Notes: generated from the sequence alone by a model not told the origin. DNA of 64,000 bases from a bacterium (GCA_037140955.1 JBAXDL010000001.1:15129-79128); one strand, 5' to 3'; counted from the stretch's first letter, positions 47,003-56,693 are shown. Translations and numbers: made by a program.

Positions 47003-48103
47003 ATGAACAAGAAAAAAATCATAACTTCAATCACCCTGGTAGCAATAACATTTATCGTAGTAACAAAAATATCCAACAAAAAAGCAGCTGTGCAGCAGGT
47101 TGCCACAAAACAAACAATAAAAGTTTCCACCAAATCATTCGCTGACAGCAAAACGTTGTTGCAAAAAAATCAATATCCAGCCACTGTTGTTGGTGATCAG
47201 GAAATAAAAATAACAGCTAAAAGCGGTGGAAACATAACAACTGCGCCTGGAAACATTGGCGACAGAGTTAATATTGGAACACTGCTTGCAAAAATAGATG
47301 ATGTTAGCACCATTGATGCTGTGAGTTATGATCTAAAAAGTTTACAAGTTCAGCAATCTCAAATAGCAGTAGAGCAAGCAAAAAAATCATACAGCCTTGC
47401 AAAAGACAATTATGACAACATCAAAAAAACATCTTCATCCACAACAGCGCAAAAGGATGCAGCAAAATCTCAACGCGACATTGCAAAATTGCAATATGAA
47501 AATGCTACTTTGGGATTAAATGGCACTGTTGATAACCACTTGATAACCAGTCCTATCTCGGGAGTGATCACAAACAAGGCTGTTTCGCTTGGCGATTCAG
47601 TAAGTGTTGGACAACTAATTGCAACCATTAGCAAATCAACAAACGTTAAGGTTCAATTTTATGTTGATGAACAAAATTTGAAAACAATAACGCGAGGACA
47701 AAAAATAATAGCAACAGATTCAAATAAGCAAGAAACAATTTTGATTGTGCGAAACATTTCAGCTGTTGCAGATCAAGCAACCAAAAAATTTTTAATCGAA
47801 GCATATCCAGAAAAACTTCCCTCAACACTATTGTCCGGAACAATTGTTTCAGTTTCTAGCGAAACAAAAATGGAATCCAAGGATAGCAACAACATCCTGC
47901 TTCCATTATCAGCAATAAGTATTGGCCAAAATGAAAGCTACATTTTTACAGTCGAAAATAACATTGCCAAAAAAAATATAGTAACCGTTGTGAAAGTAAA
48001 TGGAGAAAATGCTGAAATTTCTTCGGACATTTCGCAGCAAGCGCAGATAATTATTGATGGAAATAAATTAATTAGCGATGGAGAAAAGATTGAAATTCAG
48101 TAA
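47003..48103 (+). CDS. RND efflux periplasmic adaptor (MFP)
   Basis: Lipoyl half-motifs, alpha-hairpin, ITSPISGVI, LPLSAI. Confidence 0.9.
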   Translation: MNKKKIITSITLVAITFIVVTKISNKKAAVQQVATKQTIKVSTKSFADSKTLLQKNQYPATVVGDQEIKITAKSGGNITTAPGNIGDRVNIGTLLAKIDDVSTIDAVSYDLKSLQVQQSQIAVEQAKKSYSLAKDNYDNIKKTSSSTTAQKDAAKSQRDIAKLQYENATLGLNGTVDNHLITSPISGVITNKAVSLGDSVSVGQLIATISKSTNVKVQFYVDEQNLKTITRGQKIIATDSNKQETILIVRNISAVADQATKKFLIEAYPEKLPSTLLSGTIVSVSSETKMESKDSNNILLPLSAISIGQNESYIFTVENNIAKKNIVTVVKVNGENAEISSDISQQAQIIIDGNKLISDGEKIEIQ

Positions 48104-48148
48104 TAAGTAGCTTTATTCAATTGCTCTACCATTACTATTTTTTGCAAG

Positions 48149-48253
48149 ATTGTTTTCTCTTGAGGCCACCCGCAGCTCCGCCAGCTGGCGGAAGCGAGGA
48201 TGAGTAAGCAGTCATAGTTTCCAACTGCAAAGCGTGCCTCAAGAGAAAATAAT
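48149..48253 (+). ncRNA. Putative structured RNA / small palindromic element (three-way junction)
   Basis: 18-bp closing stem ATTGTTTTCTCTTGAGGC / GCCTCAAGAGAAAATAAT; inner CCGCCA-GC-TGGCGG and GCAGT..ACTGC hairpins. Confidence 0.45.
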
Positions 48254-48289
48254 TGAGATAAAAAAACTTAAACCATAAATAAATTTCAT

Positions 48290-51200
48290 ATGGACATCAA
48301 TAAACAAGGCAGCGCCAAGAGCACTGACTCATCATATTTGGACAAATTAGAATTCACTCCCGAGTTACGAAAAACTTGGCTGAATTTTTTTGTTTCAAAT
48401 TTCAGAGTTGTTATTCTTTTAATAATCTTGATTTCTGGCTGGGGCATGTATGCATTTTTTCAATTGCCGAGAGAATCAAATCCTGAAGTTAAGATTGCAA
48501 CAGCCGTGATAACCGCAGCCTATCCCGGGGTCTCCCCTGCTGATATTGAAGAGCTGGTGACAAAAAAAATCGAGACTGACATTTCAGGCGTTAGTGGTAT
48601 CAAGAAAATAACTTCAACATCTGCTAATTCATTTTCGAGCGTTGTTGTTGAGTTTGATGCTAATCAAAATGTTGATGACAGTGTCAGAAAACTGAGAGAC
48701 AAATTGGCAACCATCAGAAATGACATTCCCGCTGATGCCAAAGATCCACAAGTAAAAGAAATTTCATTGGATGACACACCGATCGTAACCTTTGCATTAA
48801 CTGGGCCATATGATGGATTCACACTGCGAACTTATGGTGAAAAAATTCAAGATGAATTGGAAAAAATTCCAGGAGTCAGAGAGGTTAATATTTCAGGAGG
48901 ATCACAAAGCGAATTTGAAGTTGCATATGACCCGCAAAAACTTGCGCTATATTCAATTACAGCAGAGCAAGCAAATCAGGCAATTGCAAACACAAATCGT
49001 GCCATTCCTGCTGGAAATTTTGAAGGCAAAGAATTTAATTATCCCGTTCGAACTGATTCAAGATTTTATAGCGCAAAAACGCTTGGCGAAGTGGCCATCT
49101 TGCATTCTGCTAACAATTCAATTGTATATTTGAAAGACATTGCAAATGTTCAGGAAAAAGCTATTGAAAAAACAATTTATTCTCGTTTTTCAGACAATGG
49201 AAAGGAGCCGCAGGAAGCGCTGACATTGCAAGTTGTCAAAAGAACTGGCGGAAGCATCATCAATACTGTTGATTCTTCAAGGGCAAAAATAGATGAACTG
49301 CTAAAAACATTCCCTGCTGGAATGTCATATTCAGACACTGTCAATCAAGCTGATCGCATTCGCAAAGATTTCAATCAACTCACTCATGATTTTCTTTTCA
49401 CCTTGATCTTGGTAGTTGGAATTTTGTTTTTGATTGTGGGACTAAAAGAGGCATTCGTGGCTGGCATCGCAATTCCCTTGGTTTTCTTTGTGACTTTTGG
49501 CGTGATGCAAGCTACTGGGACATCACTAAACTTTCTCTCAATCTTCGCTCTTCTTCTTTCTTTGGGTCTTTTGGTTGATGATGCAATTGTGGTTGTTTCT
49601 GCAACAAAGCAATACATGAAAACTGGAAAATACACTCCAGAAGAAGCAGTTTTGCTTGTCTTGAATGATTTTAAGATTGTGCTTGTCTCAACTACTCTGG
49701 CCACTGTTTGGGCATTCTTGCCACTGCTAATGGCTTCTGGAATTATTGGACAATTCATCAGATCGATTCCCATTACCGTTTCTGTGACCTTAATTGCATC
49801 ACTACTCATTGCATTGATGATCAATCACCCACTGGCTGCAGTACTTGAAAGAATCAGGCTTACCAAAAAATTCTTTTTGCTAATTTTAATCTCCACCCTG
49901 ACAGTAGGATTAATCTTTGTAATGCAACATTCATTTTTTGGATACACGCTTGCCACCGTTTCATTTGCAATCATTGCCTGGATGATTTCTTGGTACTACA
50001 ACAAAGGAAAATCAATCCTGGAAAATAATCTGGTTCTTTCTGAAAAAGAATGGGACAATGACGAGCTCATCAAACAAAAATTACGCTCACAAGGAGACCG
50101 TGAAAATGCTAGTTTTGCCAGCAAGCTTATTCATGGAATCATTCATTTTGATTTGGTACTGCCAACCTATGAAAAATATTTGCGCTTGGCAACTTCAACA
50201 AAAAAACGAAGATTGATCACATTGTTTTCTACTTTGGCGCTCTTTGTTTTTGCAGTTTCATTGCCGATAACAGGAGTTGTGAAATCTGAATTTTTTCCAC
50301 CATCAGATGGCGATGTTCTTTATGTGAACATCGTTGCACCAGTCGGATTAAACCTGGATCAAACCGACAAAATTGCAATGGAGATAGAAAAAAGATTATT
50401 AAAAGCAGAAAATATTGTTAATTTTTCAACCATCGTTGGAAATGGTGGATCAAATGGTGGAATCAGTGGTGGCAGCAGCAACAAATCAAACACAGCATCA
50501 ATTACAATAAAATTAACTGACCAAGAAAGCAGAACGATTAAAGCCTATGATATTGCTGAAAAAATAAGATCATCACTTGCTGACATTCAAAATGCAACAA
50601 TCACAGTTTCTGCGCCAAGAGGTGGACCACCATCTGGCAGTGCTTTTCAAGCTCAAATTAGTGGAGAAAATTTGCAAACACTTGATAAAATCGCCCGTGA
50701 ACTGGAACCTATTGTGGATTCTATTCCCGGAACAATTAATTCAAGCACTTCACTCAAAAATGCTCCGGCTGAATATACATTCTCATTAGACATGGCAAAA
50801 ATGGAGCTATACGATTTGAACTCTGCCATCGTTGGAGCAACACTTCGAAATGCAATCTCTGGAACAACCGTGACAACAGTGCTTCGTGACAACAAAAACA
50901 TAGACGTTATTGCCAAATTTGGAAAAGACAACATCCAAACACTATCCTCAATTCAAAATTTGCAAATACTTAACAACAAAAAACTTCCGGTTTTTGTTAA
51001 GGATGTTGCAACCATTCAACTCACCCCTTCAGTTGATTCAATTTCTAGAATTGATCAAAAAAGAACCATTCTTTTGACTGCTGATGTGAGCGGCACAACT
51101 AATGCCACACAAGTCGTCAAGGAATTTCAAGACAAAATTGCCAAAGACTACAAGCTTCCTGAAGGATATGTGATTAGTTATGGCGGAGAAAATCAGCAAA

Positions 51201-51700
51201 ACAATGAATCAGTGCTTTCAATCATTCGTGCCATGGCAATTGCCGGCTTGTTAATAATTTCAACACTAGTAATTCAATTCAATTCATTCAAAAAAGCCAT
51301 CATAGTGCTCGTTACCCTTCCATTAGCACTGATTGGCGTCTTTGTTGGAATGGCACTACTGGGCGTGACTCTGAGCTTCCCAGGACTCATTGGAATCTTG
51401 GCGCTCTTTGGAATTGTAGTGAAAAATGCCATCATCTTGATCGACAAAATAAACCTCAACATTAAAACTGGAATTCCCTTTGAAGAATCAATCATTGATG
51501 CAGGAAAATCCAGACTTGAAGCAATCTTCATCACTTCAATTGTGACTATTGCCGGCATCATTCCAATCACACTTTCCAATGCAACTTGGACAGCCCTTGG
51601 AAGCGCAGTAATCTTCGGCCTTTCCATCTCATCTTTTTTTACCCTCTTCATTATCCCCACGTTATACATGACTTTTATTGATGAGAAGGAAAGATTCTAA
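48290..51700 (+). CDS. RND efflux permease (AcrB family)
   Basis: YPG.SP..IE.LVT..IE, LGLLVDDAIVV, GIVVKNAI.LID, RL.AI..TS. Confidence 0.95.
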   Translation: MDINKQGSAKSTDSSYLDKLEFTPELRKTWLNFFVSNFRVVILLIILISGWGMYAFFQLPRESNPEVKIATAVITAAYPGVSPADIEELVTKKIETDISGVSGIKKITSTSANSFSSVVVEFDANQNVDDSVRKLRDKLATIRNDIPADAKDPQVKEISLDDTPIVTFALTGPYDGFTLRTYGEKIQDELEKIPGVREVNISGGSQSEFEVAYDPQKLALYSITAEQANQAIANTNRAIPAGNFEGKEFNYPVRTDSRFYSAKTLGEVAILHSANNSIVYLKDIANVQEKAIEKTIYSRFSDNGKEPQEALTLQVVKRTGGSIINTVDSSRAKIDELLKTFPAGMSYSDTVNQADRIRKDFNQLTHDFLFTLILVVGILFLIVGLKEAFVAGIAIPLVFFVTFGVMQATGTSLNFLSIFALLLSLGLLVDDAIVVVSATKQYMKTGKYTPEEAVLLVLNDFKIVLVSTTLATVWAFLPLLMASGIIGQFIRSIPITVSVTLIASLLIALMINHPLAAVLERIRLTKKFFLLILISTLTVGLIFVMQHSFFGYTLATVSFAIIAWMISWYYNKGKSILENNLVLSEKEWDNDELIKQKLRSQGDRENASFASKLIHGIIHFDLVLPTYEKYLRLATSTKKRRLITLFSTLALFVFAVSLPITGVVKSEFFPPSDGDVLYVNIVAPVGLNLDQTDKIAMEIEKRLLKAENIVNFSTIVGNGGSNGGISGGSSNKSNTASITIKLTDQESRTIKAYDIAEKIRSSLADIQNATITVSAPRGGPPSGSAFQAQISGENLQTLDKIARELEPIVDSIPGTINSSTSLKNAPAEYTFSLDMAKMELYDLNSAIVGATLRNAISGTTVTTVLRDNKNIDVIAKFGKDNIQTLSSIQNLQILNNKKLPVFVKDVATIQLTPSVDSISRIDQKRTILLTADVSGTTNATQVVKEFQDKIAKDYKLPEGYVISYGGENQQNNESVLSIIRAMAIAGLLIISTLVIQFNSFKKAIIVLVTLPLALIGVFVGMALLGVTLSFPGLIGILALFGIVVKNAIILIDKINLNIKTGIPFEESIIDAGKSRLEAIFITSIVTIAGIIPITLSNATWTALGSAVIFGLSISSFFTLFIIPTLYMTFIDEKERF

Positions 51701-51716
51701 AAAAATAAACTCACAT

Positions 51717-51744
51717 TGTCATTCCAGCGTATGCGGGAATCCAG
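51717..51744. repeat. GTCATTCC-type palindromic repeat, intergenic
   Basis: TGTCATTCCAGCGTATGCGGGAATCCAG, 25/28 identical to the 41034 copy. Confidence 0.85.
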
Positions 51745-51855
51745 ATCATGATTAAAACAAAAAATAAAAAGCTTGGAAAAATAATCCAAGCTTTTTTATT
51801 TTCTAATCTTATGGAATTCCGTAAGATTAGAATTTTTCTGAATTTTTATCATGAA

Positions 51856-52743
51856 TCACGAAAGTAATTTTTGAATATCCTCCTGACTGAATTCCTTTCT
51901 ATAATCAATCAGTTTCGGATGCTTAATTTTTCTGAGCTCCTCATCGTATGTTGCCATTATGTTTCTCGCTCTTTTCTGATAGACTAGCCAATTTCTTTGT
52001 GATGAAAACTCATTGAAAATCTTTTCAAATTCTTTTTGTGTGAGCAACCTGCCCAATTTTTCAAATTTCTTTTCAACTTCGCCTGCCAATCCAGTTTCAA
52101 AAGCACCAACAATTAAAATTATTTCTTCATACATTGAATTTCTTGTCAAATCTTTTTTGACAAGATTCAAAAGTTTTCGATATTCCTTGGTTCGTTCCAA
52201 AAACAAGAAATTATACAGCATGTCAGTATATGTTCCATAATTTTTTGCCACCACAAAATCATTAATGCAATCAGTAAAATCTTTTCTGTATTCTTTTGTT
52301 TCTTCTCTCGTTTCGAAAAACTGACTGGTCAATTGGTTGATAAATTTTGGATCCATGGTGGCAATTCGCATCACCTTTTTGAAATCACCCTCCACTCGAA
52401 TAAAATATTTTCTCACCATTTTTCCCTTTTCATTGTTCTCAAGCATCGCCAATTCTTTCGCCATGTCAATTGAAATAATATAGTCTTTTGGCACAACTCT
52501 ACCAGTTTTTGGGTCTTTAGCTTTTGCTTTATTTGAGCCATATTCTCCATTGCCAAATTTGGCAATGGATATAAAATAATCCAAATCTTCAACAAACTCA
52601 TACTTTTCAATTCTATCCTTTATCCAGTTAGCGAAGAATTTTCCAACTCCCAACCACCTATGCAATTCCCTGGCGTTCACAAATCGCTTCTTTTCACCAT
52701 CAAAATCCTTTTGAATCACTTTTATGTTTATCAATTCATTCAT
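51856..52743 (-). CDS. AntA/AntB antirepressor-domain DNA-binding protein
   Basis: VNARELH..L.V...F..WI..RIE.Y.F.E..DY, DY..S.DMAKEL.M.E.N..G...R.YFI..E. Confidence 0.88.
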   Translation of the reverse strand: MNELINIKVIQKDFDGEKKRFVNARELHRWLGVGKFFANWIKDRIEKYEFVEDLDYFISIAKFGNGEYGSNKAKAKDPKTGRVVPKDYIISIDMAKELAMLENNEKGKMVRKYFIRVEGDFKKVMRIATMDPKFINQLTSQFFETREETKEYRKDFTDCINDFVVAKNYGTYTDMLYNFLFLERTKEYRKLLNLVKKDLTRNSMYEEIILIVGAFETGLAGEVEKKFEKLGRLLTQKEFEKIFNEFSSQRNWLVYQKRARNIMATYDEELRKIKHPKLIDYRKEFSQEDIQKLLS

Positions 52744-52758
52744 ATTTTTTATTTTAAA

Positions 52759-52800
52759 TTATTATAGTGATATTTTATCACTATAATAAAAAGTCGTCAA
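52759..52800 (-). promoter_or_regulatory. Promoter with palindromic operator for the AntA-domain gene
   Basis: TTGACG-17 bp-TAAAAT on the minus strand; TTATTATAGTGATA-TTT-TATCACTATAATAA (14-bp arms) covers the -10. Confidence 0.65.
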
Positions 52801-52890
52801 ATATGGCTCAAATAAAAGAAAAAGCATACCAATGCTGGCATGCTTTTTCTGCTCGAGTGCTCGAGGACGGTCCTCAAGTTTACTATATTT

Positions 52891-53505
52891 TCACTGAAAA
52901 GAAAGAGTGCCCAGCATATTTTCAATAACTGATTTGCAGTAGGTATTGTCGGCAACTGGTGCAATGTCAATTAGATTACCTAATTTTGGATGAATAATTC
53001 TAAAAGAATATCCTTCACTGTTATCTTGAACATTTACAGCAAAACACTTAACAAATTTACTTTGACCATAGGTTATGTCTGCTAACTTGGTTTTACAAGG
53101 AAAAATGCTGATATCTTTTTGAGCAGACAAAACACTCAAACCAATTGCACAATCCTTTTCCTTGTTTAGTTTTTCAGGTAAAAAATCCTCTTCATTTTTT
53201 TCAATTGGCATAAAGTTTATTCCGTATTTTTCAGAAACCTTCCAATTTTTTGGATATTTTATCGTAAAAGAGTATTTGTCATTTTTGTAGGTATTTTCAA
53301 GAGCAAGTGCAACTGGTTGTTGAACGGTATCTTTTTGCGGTTGAGTTTTTTGGACAGTGTTTGTTTTCGCTGGCTGTGCTTGTTGTGCTGTATTTGGTGT
53401 GGATTGGGATACTTTATTGCTTTGTAAATAAATAGCACCGCCAATTAAGATAGCAACTACCAACAAAATTCCTATTGCAATCTCACTAACAATTTTTTTG
53501 TTCAT
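52891..53505 (-). CDS. Membrane-anchored surface protein (PsbP-like motif)
   Basis: N-terminal TM, Q/T/P linker, TYKN..Y.F.IKYP.NW, four Cys. Confidence 0.65.
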   Translation of the reverse strand: MNKKIVSEIAIGILLVVAILIGGAIYLQSNKVSQSTPNTAQQAQPAKTNTVQKTQPQKDTVQQPVALALENTYKNDKYSFTIKYPKNWKVSEKYGINFMPIEKNEEDFLPEKLNKEKDCAIGLSVLSAQKDISIFPCKTKLADITYGQSKFVKCFAVNVQDNSEGYSFRIIHPKLGNLIDIAPVADNTYCKSVIENMLGTLSFQ

Positions 53506-53514
53506 ATTTTTATT

Positions 53515-54117
53515 TCAAATAAAATTAAGCAATAAGTACATTATGCCATATTGGGTTGCTATTAGACCAACCATAAGGAAAAATGATTGCATAGCACTGT
53601 ATTTCAAAACACGAGGAACAAAACCCCATCCTACAATTGCCCCAACAATGAAAACACTTATCCCTAAAGAAAAAATCAATGAAAAATAGAAAGCAAGAAT
53701 TGTTGCTCGCATAATAGCAGAAACCTTGTTTACCTTTGTTGCCAACCAAAGAAATAAGAACAAAAGTAATGTTTCCAGTAAAAAACTTACAGAAAAACTT
53801 GTGATTTGCCTTGAGGCAAGGGGAACTTTTTTGACACACTGATTGAGGTTGTAGGTATAAACTTGCTCCCTTGTTGCTTTCACGCCAGTTAAACTTCCAT
53901 TTTTATCAATAATATCACCTATGCGGAAATACTCATCCGTCTGCTTTTTTGCATCATTGGTGCAGTTCATTGCTGAACTTACCGAGAACACAACAAGCAA
54001 TATAGCAACTGCTAAAATTGAAAAAACAACTGCAAGAATTTTTCTGTTTAATTTTTTTTCCTCATTAAACATTGAACCATCCTCAATAAATTCTATTTTA
54101 GAGTCGTTTTGCTCCAT
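53515..54117 (-). CDS. Hypothetical multi-TM membrane protein
   Basis: Four to five hydrophobic segments; Cys pair in the loop. Confidence 0.6.
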   Translation of the reverse strand: MEQNDSKIEFIEDGSMFNEEKKLNRKILAVVFSILAVAILLVVFSVSSAMNCTNDAKKQTDEYFRIGDIIDKNGSLTGVKATREQVYTYNLNQCVKKVPLASRQITSFSVSFLLETLLLFLFLWLATKVNKVSAIMRATILAFYFSLIFSLGISVFIVGAIVGWGFVPRVLKYSAMQSFFLMVGLIATQYGIMYLLLNFI

Positions 54118-54208
54118 TGCTGTTTTTTATTGTGTAATTTATAACTCAATTATACAAGAAAATTGATTCTTACACAAAAACAAAAATTCTCTTGATTGAG
54201 AGGCTTGC

Positions 54209-54322
54209 TTAATGTGATAATATATTCCCACTTGAGGACAGTCCTCTGGTGAATCTCATCAATAGATACACATAATAGCCAATTTTTTCTTTTGTTAATT
54301 GTGATAAATTATTTTTACTCAT
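54209..54322 (-). pseudogene. 5' fragment of a LEM-3-like GIY-YIG nuclease gene
   Basis: Manual translation MSKNNLSQLTKEKIGYYVYLL, then reads into the inverted repeat and stops after 37 codons. Confidence 0.5.
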
Positions 54323-54419
54323 AAAATAAAGATGACTTAAAAAATAACTAACTCTACTAAAGCACAGCCCCCCCCCTCAAGTAAATTCACCTTAGAAATA
54401 TAAACAAACAAATAACATG

Positions 54420-55628
54420 CTATAAATATTTTCTCTTACTAATTTCCTTCGGAAAATATTCCTGTCCCTCGCTTCCCTCCACTGGTGTGTATTTATAGCC
54501 TTTGCCGTAGCCCAATTTTTCCATCAATTTTGTGGGGGCATTGCGAATGTGCATGGGAACTGGGAGATTGCCAAATTCTTCCACGTCTTTTTTTGCTTTG
54601 TTATATGCGAAATATGAGGCAACACTTTTTGAGGACTTGGCCATATAGACAACCAATTGCGCCAAATGCACTGAGCATTCGGGATATCCCAACTTGTGAC
54701 AAGCATCAAACACGTTGTTGGCAAGCACCAAAGCAAAATTGTCAGCCAAGCCGATGTCTTCTGAGGCAAAACGCAGCAGCCTGCGTGCAATATATGTTGG
54801 CTGTTCCCCACCTTCGATCATGCGAGCCAACCAATACACACTGGCATCCGCATCTCCACCTCGCATGGATTTATGCAGCGCTGAAATAATATTATAATGT
54901 TCTTCGCCGCCTTTGTCATAATACAGATGAGATTTTTGAATAATTTGCTTCAGCAATTCTCTAGTGATAATTTTGCTTTGATTTGCTGCTGCCTCAAGGG
55001 TGTTGAGTGCCATGCGTGCGTCGCCATTGGCCAGCATCGCAATTTCCTTGATGATTTCAGCTGTCGCCTCAATTTTCTTTAAACCTAATCCATTTTCATT
55101 GTCGCTCAATGCCTTTTGAATAATCTTTTCCAAATCAGCAACCTCAAGTTTGTTTAAAACAAAAACTCGTGAGCGAGAAACAAGAGCAGAATTCACTTCA
55201 AAGCTTGGATTTTCTGTGGTGGCACCAATCAAAATCAAAAGTCCTTGCTCAACATGAGGAAGCAAAGCATCTTGCTGCGATTTGTTCCAGCGATGAATTT
55301 CATCCACAAACAAAATTGTTTTTTTCTTTTGCCATTCATTTTCTTGCGCCTTAGTAATGACCTTTCGCAAATCCTTGATGCCATTTGTCACAGCACTAAT
55401 CTTGATGAAATCGGCATTGGTTTCATTGGCAATAATTGCAGCCAGTGTTGTCTTGCCTGAGCCTGGTGGTCCCCACAAAATCATTGATGGAACCTGGTCA
55501 TCCTTGATGGCTTTGCGCAAAAATGTTTCATCTCCAATCAATTCTTGCTGACCAAAAAAATCATCCAAAGTGATTGGACGCATTTTTTCTGCCAAAGGTG
55601 CATATTGCAATGAGTTTTCTTTTGTCAT
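54420..55628 (-). CDS. rarA: Replication-associated recombination protein A
   Basis: PLAEKMRP, WGPPGSGKTTLA, DEIHR.NKSQQD, YDKGGEEHYN.ISA.HKS.RG, ASEDIG.AD. Confidence 0.96.
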   Translation of the reverse strand: MTKENSLQYAPLAEKMRPITLDDFFGQQELIGDETFLRKAIKDDQVPSMILWGPPGSGKTTLAAIIANETNADFIKISAVTNGIKDLRKVITKAQENEWQKKKTILFVDEIHRWNKSQQDALLPHVEQGLLILIGATTENPSFEVNSALVSRSRVFVLNKLEVADLEKIIQKALSDNENGLGLKKIEATAEIIKEIAMLANGDARMALNTLEAAANQSKIITRELLKQIIQKSHLYYDKGGEEHYNIISALHKSMRGGDADASVYWLARMIEGGEQPTYIARRLLRFASEDIGLADNFALVLANNVFDACHKLGYPECSVHLAQLVVYMAKSSKSVASYFAYNKAKKDVEEFGNLPVPMHIRNAPTKLMEKLGYGKGYKYTPVEGSEGQEYFPKEISKRKYL

Positions 55629-55634
55629 ATTTTT

Positions 55635-55805
55635 TTACATTGAATTTCCAATCTTGATCGCCACAAAAATTCCCAAAATTCCACCAACTCCGCTAAACAT
55701 TATCGAAGAAAAAGAAAACACTCCATCACCCCAAATCATCGGCACATATGCACCAATCAATGAGAAAATGAAAATACAAAAATAAATAAACCATTTTGGG
55801 ACCAT
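55635..55805 (-). CDS. Small two-TM membrane protein (56 aa), below the ORF-track cutoff
   Basis: Manual translation MVPKWFIYFCIFIFSLIGAYVPMIWGDGVFSFSSIMFSGVGGILGIFVAIKIGNSM; stop lies 6 nt before the rarA start. Confidence 0.7.
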   Translation of the reverse strand: MVPKWFIYFCIFIFSLIGAYVPMIWGDGVFSFSSIMFSGVGGILGIFVAIKIGNSM

Positions 55806-55831
55806 ATTATTTTCTTCTTTTTAAAAAATAT

Positions 55832-56581
55832 TTAAACTTTTTTGGCAAACCGAATGTCCTTGAATTTTTTTGTGAAAGGTTTTTTGAAAATTATCACCCA
55901 AAAATGATTAATCACATAGCGAAACCCTGTCATTATTATTCCCTCATCCTGAAAACGTCGACTGGAAGTGTGCATCTTCAAGCTAAACATGAATTTCACC
56001 AAACCAACTTTTGAAATTCTTCTGGCAATATCAGTGTCTTCTCCATAAAAATCAATTGACGTGTCATAACCATTAATCTTTTGGAGCGCGCTTCTTCTCA
56101 GGATAAAATTTCCTCCTTGTAGCATTGCACCTATCTTAAAAAAATGATGATTGATAATATGCCCGACAAATCCAATTGCATAATACACATGAATGAAAAA
56201 ATTTGTTAACTTTGGCATCTCGGGATATAGATATGGGCCACTAAGTGCAACAAGATTTGGATTTTTTTCAAATTCAACAAAAACTTTTTCAATCCAACCC
56301 TCCGGGATTTCACTGTCAGAATCAACATTAGCAATGATCTCACCAGTCGAAGCCAGATATCCACTATTTCGAGCCTGCGAAAGACCCTTTTTTGATTCAT
56401 ATACCAATTTAACATCAACAAAAGATTTCACAACTTCACTTGTTTTGTCAGTGCTAGCATTATCAACCACCACAACTTCCACATCACGTTTTATCTTTTT
56501 CAATTCAGCAAAAACTGACTCAAGACACTTTCCAATGTATTTTTCTTCATTATATGCCGGAATGACAATACTAAGCTTCAT
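55832..56581 (-). CDS. Glycosyltransferase family 2
   Basis: SIVIPAYNEE, VVDNASTD, ARNSG, DSD, GED, TSSRRF; start ATG 56581. Confidence 0.92.
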   Translation of the reverse strand: MKLSIVIPAYNEEKYIGKCLESVFAELKKIKRDVEVVVVDNASTDKTSEVVKSFVDVKLVYESKKGLSQARNSGYLASTGEIIANVDSDSEIPEGWIEKVFVEFEKNPNLVALSGPYLYPEMPKLTNFFIHVYYAIGFVGHIINHHFFKIGAMLQGGNFILRRSALQKINGYDTSIDFYGEDTDIARRISKVGLVKFMFSLKMHTSSRRFQDEGIIMTGFRYVINHFWVIIFKKPFTKKFKDIRFAKKV

Positions 56582-56693
56582 AGGTTTATAATTTAAAATT
56601 ATTTTTATATAGAACTTTATGCAAAATTGCGAGGGATAATACTTTAATACAAAAACAATCAATACTATAATTGTGAGACAATTACACGAACTT

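Larger units (their letters stand above)
52863..54246. mobile_element. Non-autonomous two-gene cassette bounded by palindromic inverted repeats
   Basis: GAGGACGGTCCTCAAGT (52863-52879) versus reverse complement of 54230-54246, GAGGACTGTCCTCAAGT (16/17). Confidence 0.55.

Noticed and set aside
43571-52743. Prophage suggested by the holin-family and antirepressor genes
   Set aside because: The genes are 8 kb apart among housekeeping genes, with no integrase, terminase or structural genes; YvlD-like holin-family genes are common chromosomal genes.
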